A stretch of 64,000 bases of DNA from Candidatus Pacearchaeota archaeon (GTDB lineage Archaea; Nanobdellota; Nanobdellia; Pacearchaeales; GW2011-AR1), in the NCBI GenBank assembly GCA_041649755.1, contig JBAZMK010000002.1:26247-90246 (forward strand). Reading direction: 5' to 3'. Of the stretch, positions 53,257-61,284 are shown piece after piece. Under the pieces are notes generated by a model that worked only from the letters and a program-made list of their open reading frames with translations, was not told the DNA's origin and did not search any database. Every line of letters starts with the position of its first letter. Position 1 is the first letter of the stretch. Made by a program: the position numbers and the translations under genes.

Positions 53257-56085
53257 TTAAACTTTCCTAAATCCAAACCAAAACTTCTTTCCTTTTACCT
53301 TACCATCTTCAGTAAAATCCAGATTTTCATCGCTTCTTCCAAAGAAAATCTTTTTAGCACCGACTCTTTCTTTAAGAAAACCTTCATAACCCCTCAAAAC
53401 CGAATCGTCTTCCACTTCAACAAAAAGGTCTATTAAGTCCTCTTTAACTAAATTTACTTTCTTTCTGGAAGCCTGAATATTCCTTGAAATTTCTCTCACA
53501 AAACCCTCTGCTTCAAGCTCAGGGGTTATAATAAAATCTAATTTAACAAACAACCCTTTCCCTTTCTTCAATTTTACTCTCTTTACATTTACTTCCTCTT
53601 TTATAATGTCTAAAAACTCCTCAGATAATTCAACACCAGTAACCTCAAGTTTAGAAAGAGGCTGTTTAAGTGAAACCTTCGCAACATCCCTCTCTTTAAG
53701 TGCAAGCGACACAACTTCCCTTGTAAGGTTCATTTTATCCTTAAGGTTTTTATTCATTTTCTTTTTATCAAAATCAGGCCAATTTTGAAGATGAACAGAT
53801 TCCTTATTACCTAAACTCCTGTAAATTACCTCTGAAACAAAAGGTATTATTGAAGCACAGACTTTAGAGAGATTATTTAAAACATAATTCAAAGTAGTCT
53901 TAGCATCTGAATCGCCCTCGTTAAATCTATCCCTGCTCCTACGAACATACCATGTTGAAAGGTCATCAATAAAGACCCTCATAAGATTTGTTGCAGAGAC
54001 AGTATCATAACCATTAAGAGAATTTTTAACATCACAGATTAACTCATTCATTCTTGAAATTACCCACAAATCTAAAACATTTTTAGAGTCTATAACTTTC
54101 TTCACTTTTATCTCAGGATAAAGAGAATAAAAATTACTTACGTTATAAAGCAAAACCAGAACTTTCTTGTAAATCTCTTCCAAACTTTTCTCCGAGAAAT
54201 TAATATTCTCTGCACTCATTACGGGAGAAGACAAAAGATAAAATCTCAAAGAATCTGCCCCATATTTTTCAACTATTTTAAAAGGATCCTGATAATTCCT
54301 CTTAGATTTTGACATCTTCTGCCCATCTTCAGCTAAAATGGTACCCGTCACAAGAACATTCTCAAAAGGTTTTTTACCAAATAATATCGCAGACAAAGCC
54401 ATCATATAATAAAACCACGCACGAGTCTGACCTATATACTCTGTAATAAACTGAGCAGGAAAATTCTTGTCAAAATAATCTTTATTCTCAAAAGGATAAT
54501 GAAACTGGGCAAAACTCATTGAGCCTGACTCGAACCAGCAATCCAAAACTTCCGGAATTCTCTTATACTCCTCTCCACCTATCTTTAAAACAACCTCATC
54601 AAGGTAATCTTTGTGTAAATCAATCTCACCTTTCAAACTCTTAGCATACTTCTTTAACTCATCTATTGAACCTATAACTTTTATTTTTCCAGAATCTGAC
54701 TTCCAGATAGGAATAGCTGACGCCCAGTACCTGTTTCTCGTAATATTCCAGTCAGGAGCCATCTCTATGTTGTTTCTCATTCTGCCTTCCTTCAAAAATT
54801 CAGGAAACCAGCTTATTTTGGAATTTACTTCAAGAAGCTTTTTCTTAATTTTCTGAATATTCACAAACCAGGCAGGAAGAGCTCGATAAATCAATTTTGT
54901 ATCACATCTGTAACAAAAAGGATATTCATGCTCTATTTTCCGCGACAAAACCACCTTCCCTTCTTTCTTCAAATCGGCCACAATTTTCTCATTTACCTCA
55001 TGAACGTACTCCCCTTCATAATCCGCAACTTCAGACGTAAACCTACCATTTCCATCAACTGGCTGAACTGAAGGAATACTATACTTCCTGCATACAACAT
55101 TATCGTCTTCCCCAAAAGCAGGTGCAGTATGAACAATTCCTGTCCCATCTTCCTCACTCACAAAATCCCCTAAAATAACCCTAAACGAATTCGGCATACC
55201 CTTAAAATAAGGATATAGAGGTTCATACTCCATCCCTTCAAGCTCCCTTCCCTTCACAGACTTTAGAACCTCATACTCCTCTTCAGATTTATAGAAATTT
55301 TTTAAAAGTGCCTTTGAAAGAATGTAAGTATTCCCATCTGACTTATCTTTTACAAAAGCATATTCAAGTAAAGGATTAACTGCTAAAGCAAGATTTGAAG
55401 GAAGTGTCCAGGGCGTAGTTGTCCAGGATAAAGCAAAAGTCTTATCAAGATTTTTCACCTTAAACTTTACTACAACAGAAATATCCTTCACATTTTTATA
55501 AGAATTATCCATCGCTATCTCAGATTTCGCAAGAGGTGTCGCACAATGAGGACAATACATTAAAATTTTCTCTCCCTCATATAGATATCCTTTATCATAC
55601 AACTCCTTAAAAGCCCACCATACCGACTCTATATATTTCGTATCCATCGTTTTATACCCTTTTTCAAAATCCACCCACCTCCCAATCCGATTAATATACT
55701 CTTTCCAATCCTCTACATAAGTAAGAACCTTAGAGCGACAAAAATCATTAAATTTCTTTACTCCCATTTTCTCAATTTCATCTTTTGAATTAATTCCGAG
55801 TTCTCTTTCTGCAATGCTTTCGACTGGAAGCCCGTGACAATCCCACCCCCAGACCCGCTTGACATACATACCATTCATAGTAAAAAACCTCGGAAAAACA
55901 TCTTTTATAACAGAAACAAGTATATGCCCATAGTGGGGGAGACCCGTAGCAAAAGGAGGACCATCATAAAAAGTATAAGGTTTTCCTTTCTTTGTCTTCT
56001 CAAGAGATTTCTCAAAAGTCTTATCTTTATTCCAAAAAACTAAAACCTCCTTTTCCTGTTCATCAATAGTTTTCCTTTCAGCCAT
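53257..56085 (-). CDS. ileS: Isoleucyl-tRNA synthetase (archaeal/eukaryal type)
   Basis: It has the HIGH region 'PPFATGLPHYGH', the editing-domain 'GTGIVHTAPAFGEDD', 'WFESG' and 'KMSKS'. It is 942 aa. Confidence 0.7.
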   Translation of the reverse strand: MAERKTIDEQEKEVLVFWNKDKTFEKSLEKTKKGKPYTFYDGPPFATGLPHYGHILVSVIKDVFPRFFTMNGMYVKRVWGWDCHGLPVESIAERELGINSKDEIEKMGVKKFNDFCRSKVLTYVEDWKEYINRIGRWVDFEKGYKTMDTKYIESVWWAFKELYDKGYLYEGEKILMYCPHCATPLAKSEIAMDNSYKNVKDISVVVKFKVKNLDKTFALSWTTTPWTLPSNLALAVNPLLEYAFVKDKSDGNTYILSKALLKNFYKSEEEYEVLKSVKGRELEGMEYEPLYPYFKGMPNSFRVILGDFVSEEDGTGIVHTAPAFGEDDNVVCRKYSIPSVQPVDGNGRFTSEVADYEGEYVHEVNEKIVADLKKEGKVVLSRKIEHEYPFCYRCDTKLIYRALPAWFVNIQKIKKKLLEVNSKISWFPEFLKEGRMRNNIEMAPDWNITRNRYWASAIPIWKSDSGKIKVIGSIDELKKYAKSLKGEIDLHKDYLDEVVLKIGGEEYKRIPEVLDCWFESGSMSFAQFHYPFENKDYFDKNFPAQFITEYIGQTRAWFYYMMALSAILFGKKPFENVLVTGTILAEDGQKMSKSKRNYQDPFKIVEKYGADSLRFYLLSSPVMSAENINFSEKSLEEIYKKVLVLLYNVSNFYSLYPEIKVKKVIDSKNVLDLWVISRMNELICDVKNSLNGYDTVSATNLMRVFIDDLSTWYVRRSRDRFNEGDSDAKTTLNYVLNNLSKVCASIIPFVSEVIYRSLGNKESVHLQNWPDFDKKKMNKNLKDKMNLTREVVSLALKERDVAKVSLKQPLSKLEVTGVELSEEFLDIIKEEVNVKRVKLKKGKGLFVKLDFIITPELEAEGFVREISRNIQASRKKVNLVKEDLIDLFVEVEDDSVLRGYEGFLKERVGAKKIFFGRSDENLDFTEDGKVKGKKFWFGFRKV

Positions 56086-56185
56086 ACCTATCTATAGCTT
56101 TTAGTTTTTTAAATTTAGTCATTTAGGCTTTAGTCCCTTTTTAGATACAAGAAAGATTTATAATACCTAAATAATTAAATTAAAT

Positions 56186-56437
56186 ATGAAAGGCTCAAAA
56201 TTCCTAAAAGAATTCAAAAAACAAACCGCGATAGCTATTGTTGCCGCATTTGGCTTCTTAATTGCATTAGCTTGGAGAGATTTCATATCTGAAGTTGTAA
56301 CAAAAATAGTAGAAAGTTTAGGTGTTGAAACATCCCTTTATCTCTACAAACTCCTTGCAGCAGTAATCATAACAATAATTGCAATAATAGGAATAATCTT
56401 AGCTTCCAAACTTAATTCAGAAGAAAAGAAAGACTAA
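56186..56437 (+). CDS. Small hypothetical membrane protein (2 TM)
   Basis: It is 83 aa with two hydrophobic helices. Confidence 0.35.
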   Translation: MKGSKFLKEFKKQTAIAIVAAFGFLIALAWRDFISEVVTKIVESLGVETSLYLYKLLAAVIITIIAIIGIILASKLNSEEKKD

Positions 56438-57156
56438 CTAAATAACTCTAGAAACTCTTTTTCTAAAAAGTGTAATTCACTTGGAATAATTAAACAAAAA
56501 GGCATCTTAACCTTCTTACTTTTTAATCTATCAAGAGAATCATAATAAATTTCCTGAGAATTGATTCCAGCATTTGAAACAACGATAATCTTCTTAGGTA
56601 AATCTACTTTTTCCTTAAAAGCACTTTCTTCTAACTGCCTTATTGCACCCCCCAACTCTAACCCTATGTCGGTTAAAACTAAAGTATGTGCTTTAATACT
56701 TAAATTATCTTTAACATAACCTATAAAAGAAGTAGGTTTATTCGTATGCTCTTTCCAGTCAGGCATAGAAGCAGTCTTACCAAATTTATAAAGAGAAAGC
56801 CCCGTCTCGGCTACAGCAGTCAAAATTGAAGAATTATGAAAAACCTTGTAAGGTATACCCTTCTTTTTACAGGATAAAATAAGCTGAAGATGAGTAGTTG
56901 CTGAAAGAGAATCCCCATAAACTAAAAGAACAACATCTTTTTTTCCTGCTACCCCCAAAATAGATTCATCTTCAACAGAACTCCTTTTTAAAGGCTCAAT
57001 TTTCACACCCAAACTTTTTTCCAATGTTTCCAAATTATAAGGAAAATTAACAGTGTAATTATCTAAATAAACTTTATCAGATGACTCTATCGCTTTCAGA
57101 GCTTCAGCTGTCACAGACAATTCATTAAGTCCAAGCCCAACCAAATAAAATACCAT
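56434..57156 (-). CDS. dph5: Diphthine synthase (tetrapyrrole-methylase fold)
   Basis: It has the N-terminal 'MVFYLVGLGLNELSVTAEALKAIESSDKVYLDNYT' and 'LLVYGDSLSATTH'. Confidence 0.75.
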   Translation of the reverse strand: MVFYLVGLGLNELSVTAEALKAIESSDKVYLDNYTVNFPYNLETLEKSLGVKIEPLKRSSVEDESILGVAGKKDVVLLVYGDSLSATTHLQLILSCKKKGIPYKVFHNSSILTAVAETGLSLYKFGKTASMPDWKEHTNKPTSFIGYVKDNLSIKAHTLVLTDIGLELGGAIRQLEESAFKEKVDLPKKIIVVSNAGINSQEIYYDSLDRLKSKKVKMPFCLIIPSELHFLEKEFLELFS

Positions 57157-57179
57157 AAAAATAGAGAATAACAGGAATT

Positions 57180-57404
57180 TTAAATATTAGCTTTCCACCA
57201 AACAAGAACGGTCAAAAAAGAAAAAGCAAGACTTATCCCAAGAGTTTTATTTAAAGTTAAAAAAATCGCCGAAAGAAAAGCCAGAACCCAAACTATCGTA
57301 GGAAAATAAATTGGCTTAACATAAATTGACCTTTCATCTTTGGTTATCTTAGACAAAATAATCCCTAACGGAATAGCCAAAATTAAGGTAAAATATTCTA
57401 TCAT
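57180..57404 (-). CDS. Small hypothetical membrane protein
   Basis: It is 74 aa with 2-3 hydrophobic helices. Confidence 0.3.
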   Translation of the reverse strand: MIEYFTLILAIPLGIILSKITKDERSIYVKPIYFPTIVWVLAFLSAIFLTLNKTLGISLAFSFLTVLVWWKANI

Positions 57405-57480
57405 AAAAATATATTGAAAAAGAGTTTATAATTTTATGGTTTAAGTAAAAGTTTATAACCTCCTAAGGATTATTTATAAC

Positions 57481-58077
57481 ATGAGAACCCTGATTTATTC
57501 TTTTGAAAAATTTGGTAACCTGAATAGCAACCCTACATACGAGATTGGAAAAGAAATCAAAGCCCTTTCTAATTCTAAAGAGATGGAATTAATTCAATTA
57601 CCTGTTACATACAAATGCTGGGGCTTATTAAAAGATAAAATTGATGAATTCAAACCCCATTTTGTTCTAGGGTTAGGAGTCGCAATAGGGACAAATAAAG
57701 TCAAAGTTGAAAAGATAGGATTAAATTATAAACACGCAGAGATTACTGACAATGAAGGAATAAAATTACAATCCGAAAAAATTTCTATAAATAACAAACT
57801 GGCTCTTGAAACTAATATTGATATATTTAAATTTGTCAACAAGTTAAAAGAAAAAGGAATTCCTACTGAAGTCTCCTTTCATGCAGGGACATATGTCTGT
57901 AATTATGTATATTATAGTTGTCTCAGTTATTTTGACAATAAAGAAATGAAAACTTTATTTATCCACGTTCCCGCCTCCCCCAAGGAAGTAATTGAATTAA
58001 ATATAAATACCCCTTCCTTTCCAACCTCTTACATAGCTAAAGGAATTTTTCAAACATTACAAGAAACGCAAATCTAA
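57481..58077 (+). CDS. pcp: Pyrrolidone-carboxylate (pyroglutamyl) peptidase I
   Basis: It has 'LIYSFEKFGNLNSNPTYEIGKEI', the catalytic Cys context 'HAGTYVCNYVYY' and 'LFIHVPA'. Confidence 0.7.
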   Translation: MRTLIYSFEKFGNLNSNPTYEIGKEIKALSNSKEMELIQLPVTYKCWGLLKDKIDEFKPHFVLGLGVAIGTNKVKVEKIGLNYKHAEITDNEGIKLQSEKISINNKLALETNIDIFKFVNKLKEKGIPTEVSFHAGTYVCNYVYYSCLSYFDNKEMKTLFIHVPASPKEVIELNINTPSFPTSYIAKGIFQTLQETQI

Positions 58078-58158
58078 GAAAACCTCTTCATAATTACCCC
58101 AACCTAAACAGAAAATAATATTGATAAGATTTATAACCCTCTTCAGTCTTAATAACTT

Positions 58159-58677
58159 ATGAAAATAAAATCAACACTTATTTCAGAAAAAGTAACTTCC
58201 AACTCAAAAGAAGCATTTGACTTATTCGCATCACAAAGGTTTGGAGAGAAAAAAGGAGAAAAAATTACTTATATGTTAAGCGAAGCACTCTATTTATTAG
58301 AAGATGGAAAAATAGAAATCTTTGACTCAAAAAATAAACTCTTAACTGAAGAAGAAGTTATAAGAAAATTTAAGAAAATAGATAAGAAATTCAAAACAAA
58401 ATATATCGTGTTTAAAGACTTAAGAAAAAAAGGCTACATTGTAAAAACCGCCCTAAAATACGGAGCTGAATTTCGCGTCTACGACAAAGGAATAAAAATA
58501 GAATCTGGACACTCAAAATGGATTTGTTTCCCAATTTCAGAAAATCAATCTTTAACGTGGCAGGAATTTTCAGCGAAAAACCGCGTCGCGCACTCAACAA
58601 AAAAGAACCTTTTAATAGCAATAGTAGACGAAGAGGAAGACATATCTTACTTTGAAATTAAATGGATTAAACCCTAA
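58159..58677 (+). CDS. endA: tRNA-splicing endonuclease
   Basis: 'YIVFKDLRKKGYIVKTALKYGAEFRVY' and 'HSKWICF' match the EndA catalytic-domain signature. It is 172 aa. Confidence 0.8.
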   Translation: MKIKSTLISEKVTSNSKEAFDLFASQRFGEKKGEKITYMLSEALYLLEDGKIEIFDSKNKLLTEEEVIRKFKKIDKKFKTKYIVFKDLRKKGYIVKTALKYGAEFRVYDKGIKIESGHSKWICFPISENQSLTWQEFSAKNRVAHSTKKNLLIAIVDEEEDISYFEIKWIKP

Positions 58678-58678
58678 G

Positions 58679-59485
58679 ATGATTGACATAAAAGAAAAAA
58701 AAGGCAAGATAATCTCTTTTCTTGAATCAAACGGACCTTCCCTCCCTGTCAGAATAGCAAAAGTGATTGAAATGGAGCCTGTATTCGCATCTGCTATTCT
58801 TTCTGAACTATACAATGAAAGAAGAATAAAAATGAGTTTCATAAAAGTCGGTTCATCAAGACTATATTTCTTACCGGGACAAGAACAAAAACTAGAAGAA
58901 CATACTGAAAATCTAAAACCTGTAGAAAAAGAAGCCTACTTAAAAATAAAAGATAAAAAAATCCTAAAAGATGAAGATGAAGAACCTGCAGTCAGAGTTG
59001 CACTAAGAAATCTAAAAGACTTCGCCGAATCATCTTATGAAAACAACGCCCTAATCTGGAAATACAAATTTTTCAAAGAAGAGACAAAAGAACCCAAGAA
59101 AAAAATCGAAGAAGTAAAAAAACCAAGAAAAATCGAAGAAAAAATTGAAATATTTGATTCGGAAAAGAAAGAATCGGAATTCTCTTCTGAAATAAAACAA
59201 TTCTTAGATAAAAAAGAAATCGGAATAATTGAAGAAATTCAGAGTAATAAAAAAGAACTTATAGCCAAAGTAAGTGTTAAAACCTCTATAGGAGAAGTAA
59301 ACTTTCTTTTAATCGCAAAAAATAAAAAATCAACCAATAAAGAAGAAATAAATACTTATGCTCAAAGAGCCGGCTATTATAAAATGCCTTGTTTAATAAT
59401 CCTTAAAAAAGAAGCCTCTAAAACGATTAAAAATTACTTAAAAGAGAATAACTTAATAAAAATCATATCTATTGAAGAACCATAA
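58679..59485 (+). CDS. Hypothetical protein with N-terminal winged-helix-like region; in operon endA-X-rps17e-albA
   Basis: It is 268 aa and starts 2 nt after the endA stop. 'FLESNGPSLPVRIAKVIEMEPVFASAILSELYNERRIK' looks wHTH-like. Confidence 0.35.
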   Translation: MIDIKEKKGKIISFLESNGPSLPVRIAKVIEMEPVFASAILSELYNERRIKMSFIKVGSSRLYFLPGQEQKLEEHTENLKPVEKEAYLKIKDKKILKDEDEEPAVRVALRNLKDFAESSYENNALIWKYKFFKEETKEPKKKIEEVKKPRKIEEKIEIFDSEKKESEFSSEIKQFLDKKEIGIIEEIQSNKKELIAKVSVKTSIGEVNFLLIAKNKKSTNKEEINTYAQRAGYYKMPCLIILKKEASKTIKNYLKENNLIKIISIEEP

Positions 59486-59516
59486 CACTTTTAAACCTAA
59501 TTTATATTTTTTAAAT

Positions 59517-59720
59517 ATGGGAAGAATAAAATCAAAACTAATTAAAAGAACTGCGAAACAATTAGTAAACACATCTCCAGACATGTTTGAAAATTCTTTT
59601 GAAGAAAATAAAAAAGCCCTAGGTAGTAATTTGGAATCAAAAAAAACCCGAAACAAGATTGCAGGGTATATAACAAGAATAAAAAAGAATACTAAAAACA
59701 TTCTAGAAGAGGTCAAATGA
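59517..59720 (+). CDS. rps17e: Ribosomal protein S17e
   Basis: 'MGRIKSKLIKRTAKQLV...KKTRNKIAGYITRIKK' matches S17e. The start is set at ATG 59517. Confidence 0.8.
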   Translation: MGRIKSKLIKRTAKQLVNTSPDMFENSFEENKKALGSNLESKKTRNKIAGYITRIKKNTKNILEEVK

Positions 59721-60013
59721 GCGAAGAGAAATACAAAGATAACATAATTTTTATAGGAGGAAAACCATTCATGAATTACGTTACTGGAGTTGTAGTTCAG
59801 TTTAACACAAACAATGCTGAAGAAGTCATAATAAAATCAAGGGGAAAATTCATAGCGAAAGCTGTTGATGTCGCAGAAGTTTCAAGAAGAAAATTCCTTA
59901 AAGATAAAAATATTCAGGTAAAAGAAGTAAAAATAGGAAGCGAAGAATTTGAAAATAAAGAAGGGAAAAACATAAACGTTTCCACTTTAGAGATAATCCT
60001 AATAAAAAAATAG
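59717..60013 (+). CDS. albA: Chromatin protein Alba
   Basis: 'IIFIGGKPFMNYVTGVVVQF...VIIKSRGKFIAKAVDVAEVSRRKFL...NVSTLEIILIKK' matches Alba/Sso10b almost motif for motif. Confidence 0.85.
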   Translation: MSEEKYKDNIIFIGGKPFMNYVTGVVVQFNTNNAEEVIIKSRGKFIAKAVDVAEVSRRKFLKDKNIQVKEVKIGSEEFENKEGKNINVSTLEIILIKK

Positions 60014-60054
60014 AACGAAAGGTTTAAAAATCCACAAAGTTTTTAAACCTTGCT

Positions 60055-60984
60055 ATGACACATTCTAAAAAATGCCCAGAGTGCAATAGTTCTAATTTAA
60101 TTTATGATGAAACAAGAGGAGAAGTAATTTGCGGTGATTGCGGTCTTTTAGTTGAAGAAAAAATGGTAGACACTTCTCACGAATTAAGAGCCTTTGATAA
60201 ATCTGAAAAGAAATCCCGTGGAGGAGCTCCAATGTCCCTTCAAAAATTTGACAAAGGCTTAACAACAAATGTCGGGGAAATTTCAGACATCTACAAATTA
60301 GACTCAACACAACAAACAAGAAAATACCTAAGACTAAAAAAATGGCAGGAAAGAGTCTCAACATCAATAGAAAGAAATCTTCGTCTTGCAATGTCAGAAT
60401 TAAGAAGAGTAGCGTCCTATCTTGATTTACCTTCTGTTGTTCGTGACGAGTCTGCAAGAATTTACAATTTTGTTCTTCAAAGAGGTCTAGTCAGGGGTCG
60501 TTCAATGGAATCTGTAATAGCAGCCTGCATTTACGCAGCGTGCCGTTCTTACAACATCCCAAGAACCTTAGATGAAATCTCAAACGCATCAGAAGTAGAA
60601 AGAAAAGAAATAGGAAGAACTTACAGGTTTATAATAAGAAAAATAGGCTTAAAAGTAACACCCAGTTCTCCAAAAGACTACATTTCAAGATTCTCCTCCA
60701 CCCTGCACTTATCACCGCAATCACAAAATGAAGCACTAAAAATTCTTCAGAGAGCAGAAGTCTCAGAACTAACTTCTGGCAGAGGTCCTGCAGGAATTGC
60801 CGCAGCTGCACTCTACGTCGCCGCACTTCTAAACGACGAAAAGAAAACACAAAGAGAAGTCGCAGATGTTGCAGGAATAACTGAAGTAACAATAAGAAAC
60901 CGATACAAAGAGCTTCTTGAAAGACTTGATCTAGAAGACAAAATGAAAATCAAAGAAAACGAAAAAAAGAAAAAGAAAGAATAG
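60055..60984 (+). CDS. tfb: Transcription initiation factor IIB (TFB)
   Basis: It has the N-terminal zinc ribbon 'CPECNSSNLIYDETRGEVICGDCG', the B-reader/linker and two cyclin repeats. It is 309 aa. Confidence 0.9.
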   Translation: MTHSKKCPECNSSNLIYDETRGEVICGDCGLLVEEKMVDTSHELRAFDKSEKKSRGGAPMSLQKFDKGLTTNVGEISDIYKLDSTQQTRKYLRLKKWQERVSTSIERNLRLAMSELRRVASYLDLPSVVRDESARIYNFVLQRGLVRGRSMESVIAACIYAACRSYNIPRTLDEISNASEVERKEIGRTYRFIIRKIGLKVTPSSPKDYISRFSSTLHLSPQSQNEALKILQRAEVSELTSGRGPAGIAAAALYVAALLNDEKKTQREVADVAGITEVTIRNRYKELLERLDLEDKMKIKENEKKKKKE

Positions 60985-60995
60985 TTCTCCGATAC

Positions 60996-61003
60996 TTTTA
61001 TAA
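60996..61003 (+). promoter_or_regulatory. TATA box upstream of tRNA-Leu
   Basis: TTTTATAA lies 25-32 nt upstream of the tRNA 5' end. Confidence 0.35.
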
Positions 61004-61027
61004 CTCCTGCAAATGTTTAATTTACCT

Positions 61028-61110
61028 GAGGAGATGCCGGAGCGGTCAAACGGGCTAGGCTTAGGACCTAGTGGCTCATGCCTACGGGGGTTCGAATCCT
61101 CCTCTCCTCA
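61028..61110 (+). tRNA. tRNA-Leu (anticodon TAG), class II with long variable arm
   Basis: It has the acceptor stem GAGGAGA/TCTCCTC, the anticodon stem CTAGG/CCTAG with loop CTTAGGA, a long variable arm and the T-loop TTCGAAT. Confidence 0.8.
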
Positions 61111-61284
61111 TTTATTTGCTATTGAGCAAAGCGAAATAGCAATGTTATAGGGTTCTGAAGTAAAGGTAACTGCAATGGCGATGACTAATACGGAGGTGGA
61201 GCAATTCGCTCCAAATAACGAAAACAAATAAATAATTGTTATGAGGTACAAATTGTGAACAGAATCCTCTCTCTTTAAAATTAC

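Noticed and set aside
58652-58678. Longer start of the post-endA ORF (MKLNGLNPK...) overlapping endA by 26 nt
   Set aside because: The ATG at 58679 sits 2 nt after the endA stop and gives a cleaner gene boundary. The upstream extension is in the endA coding region.
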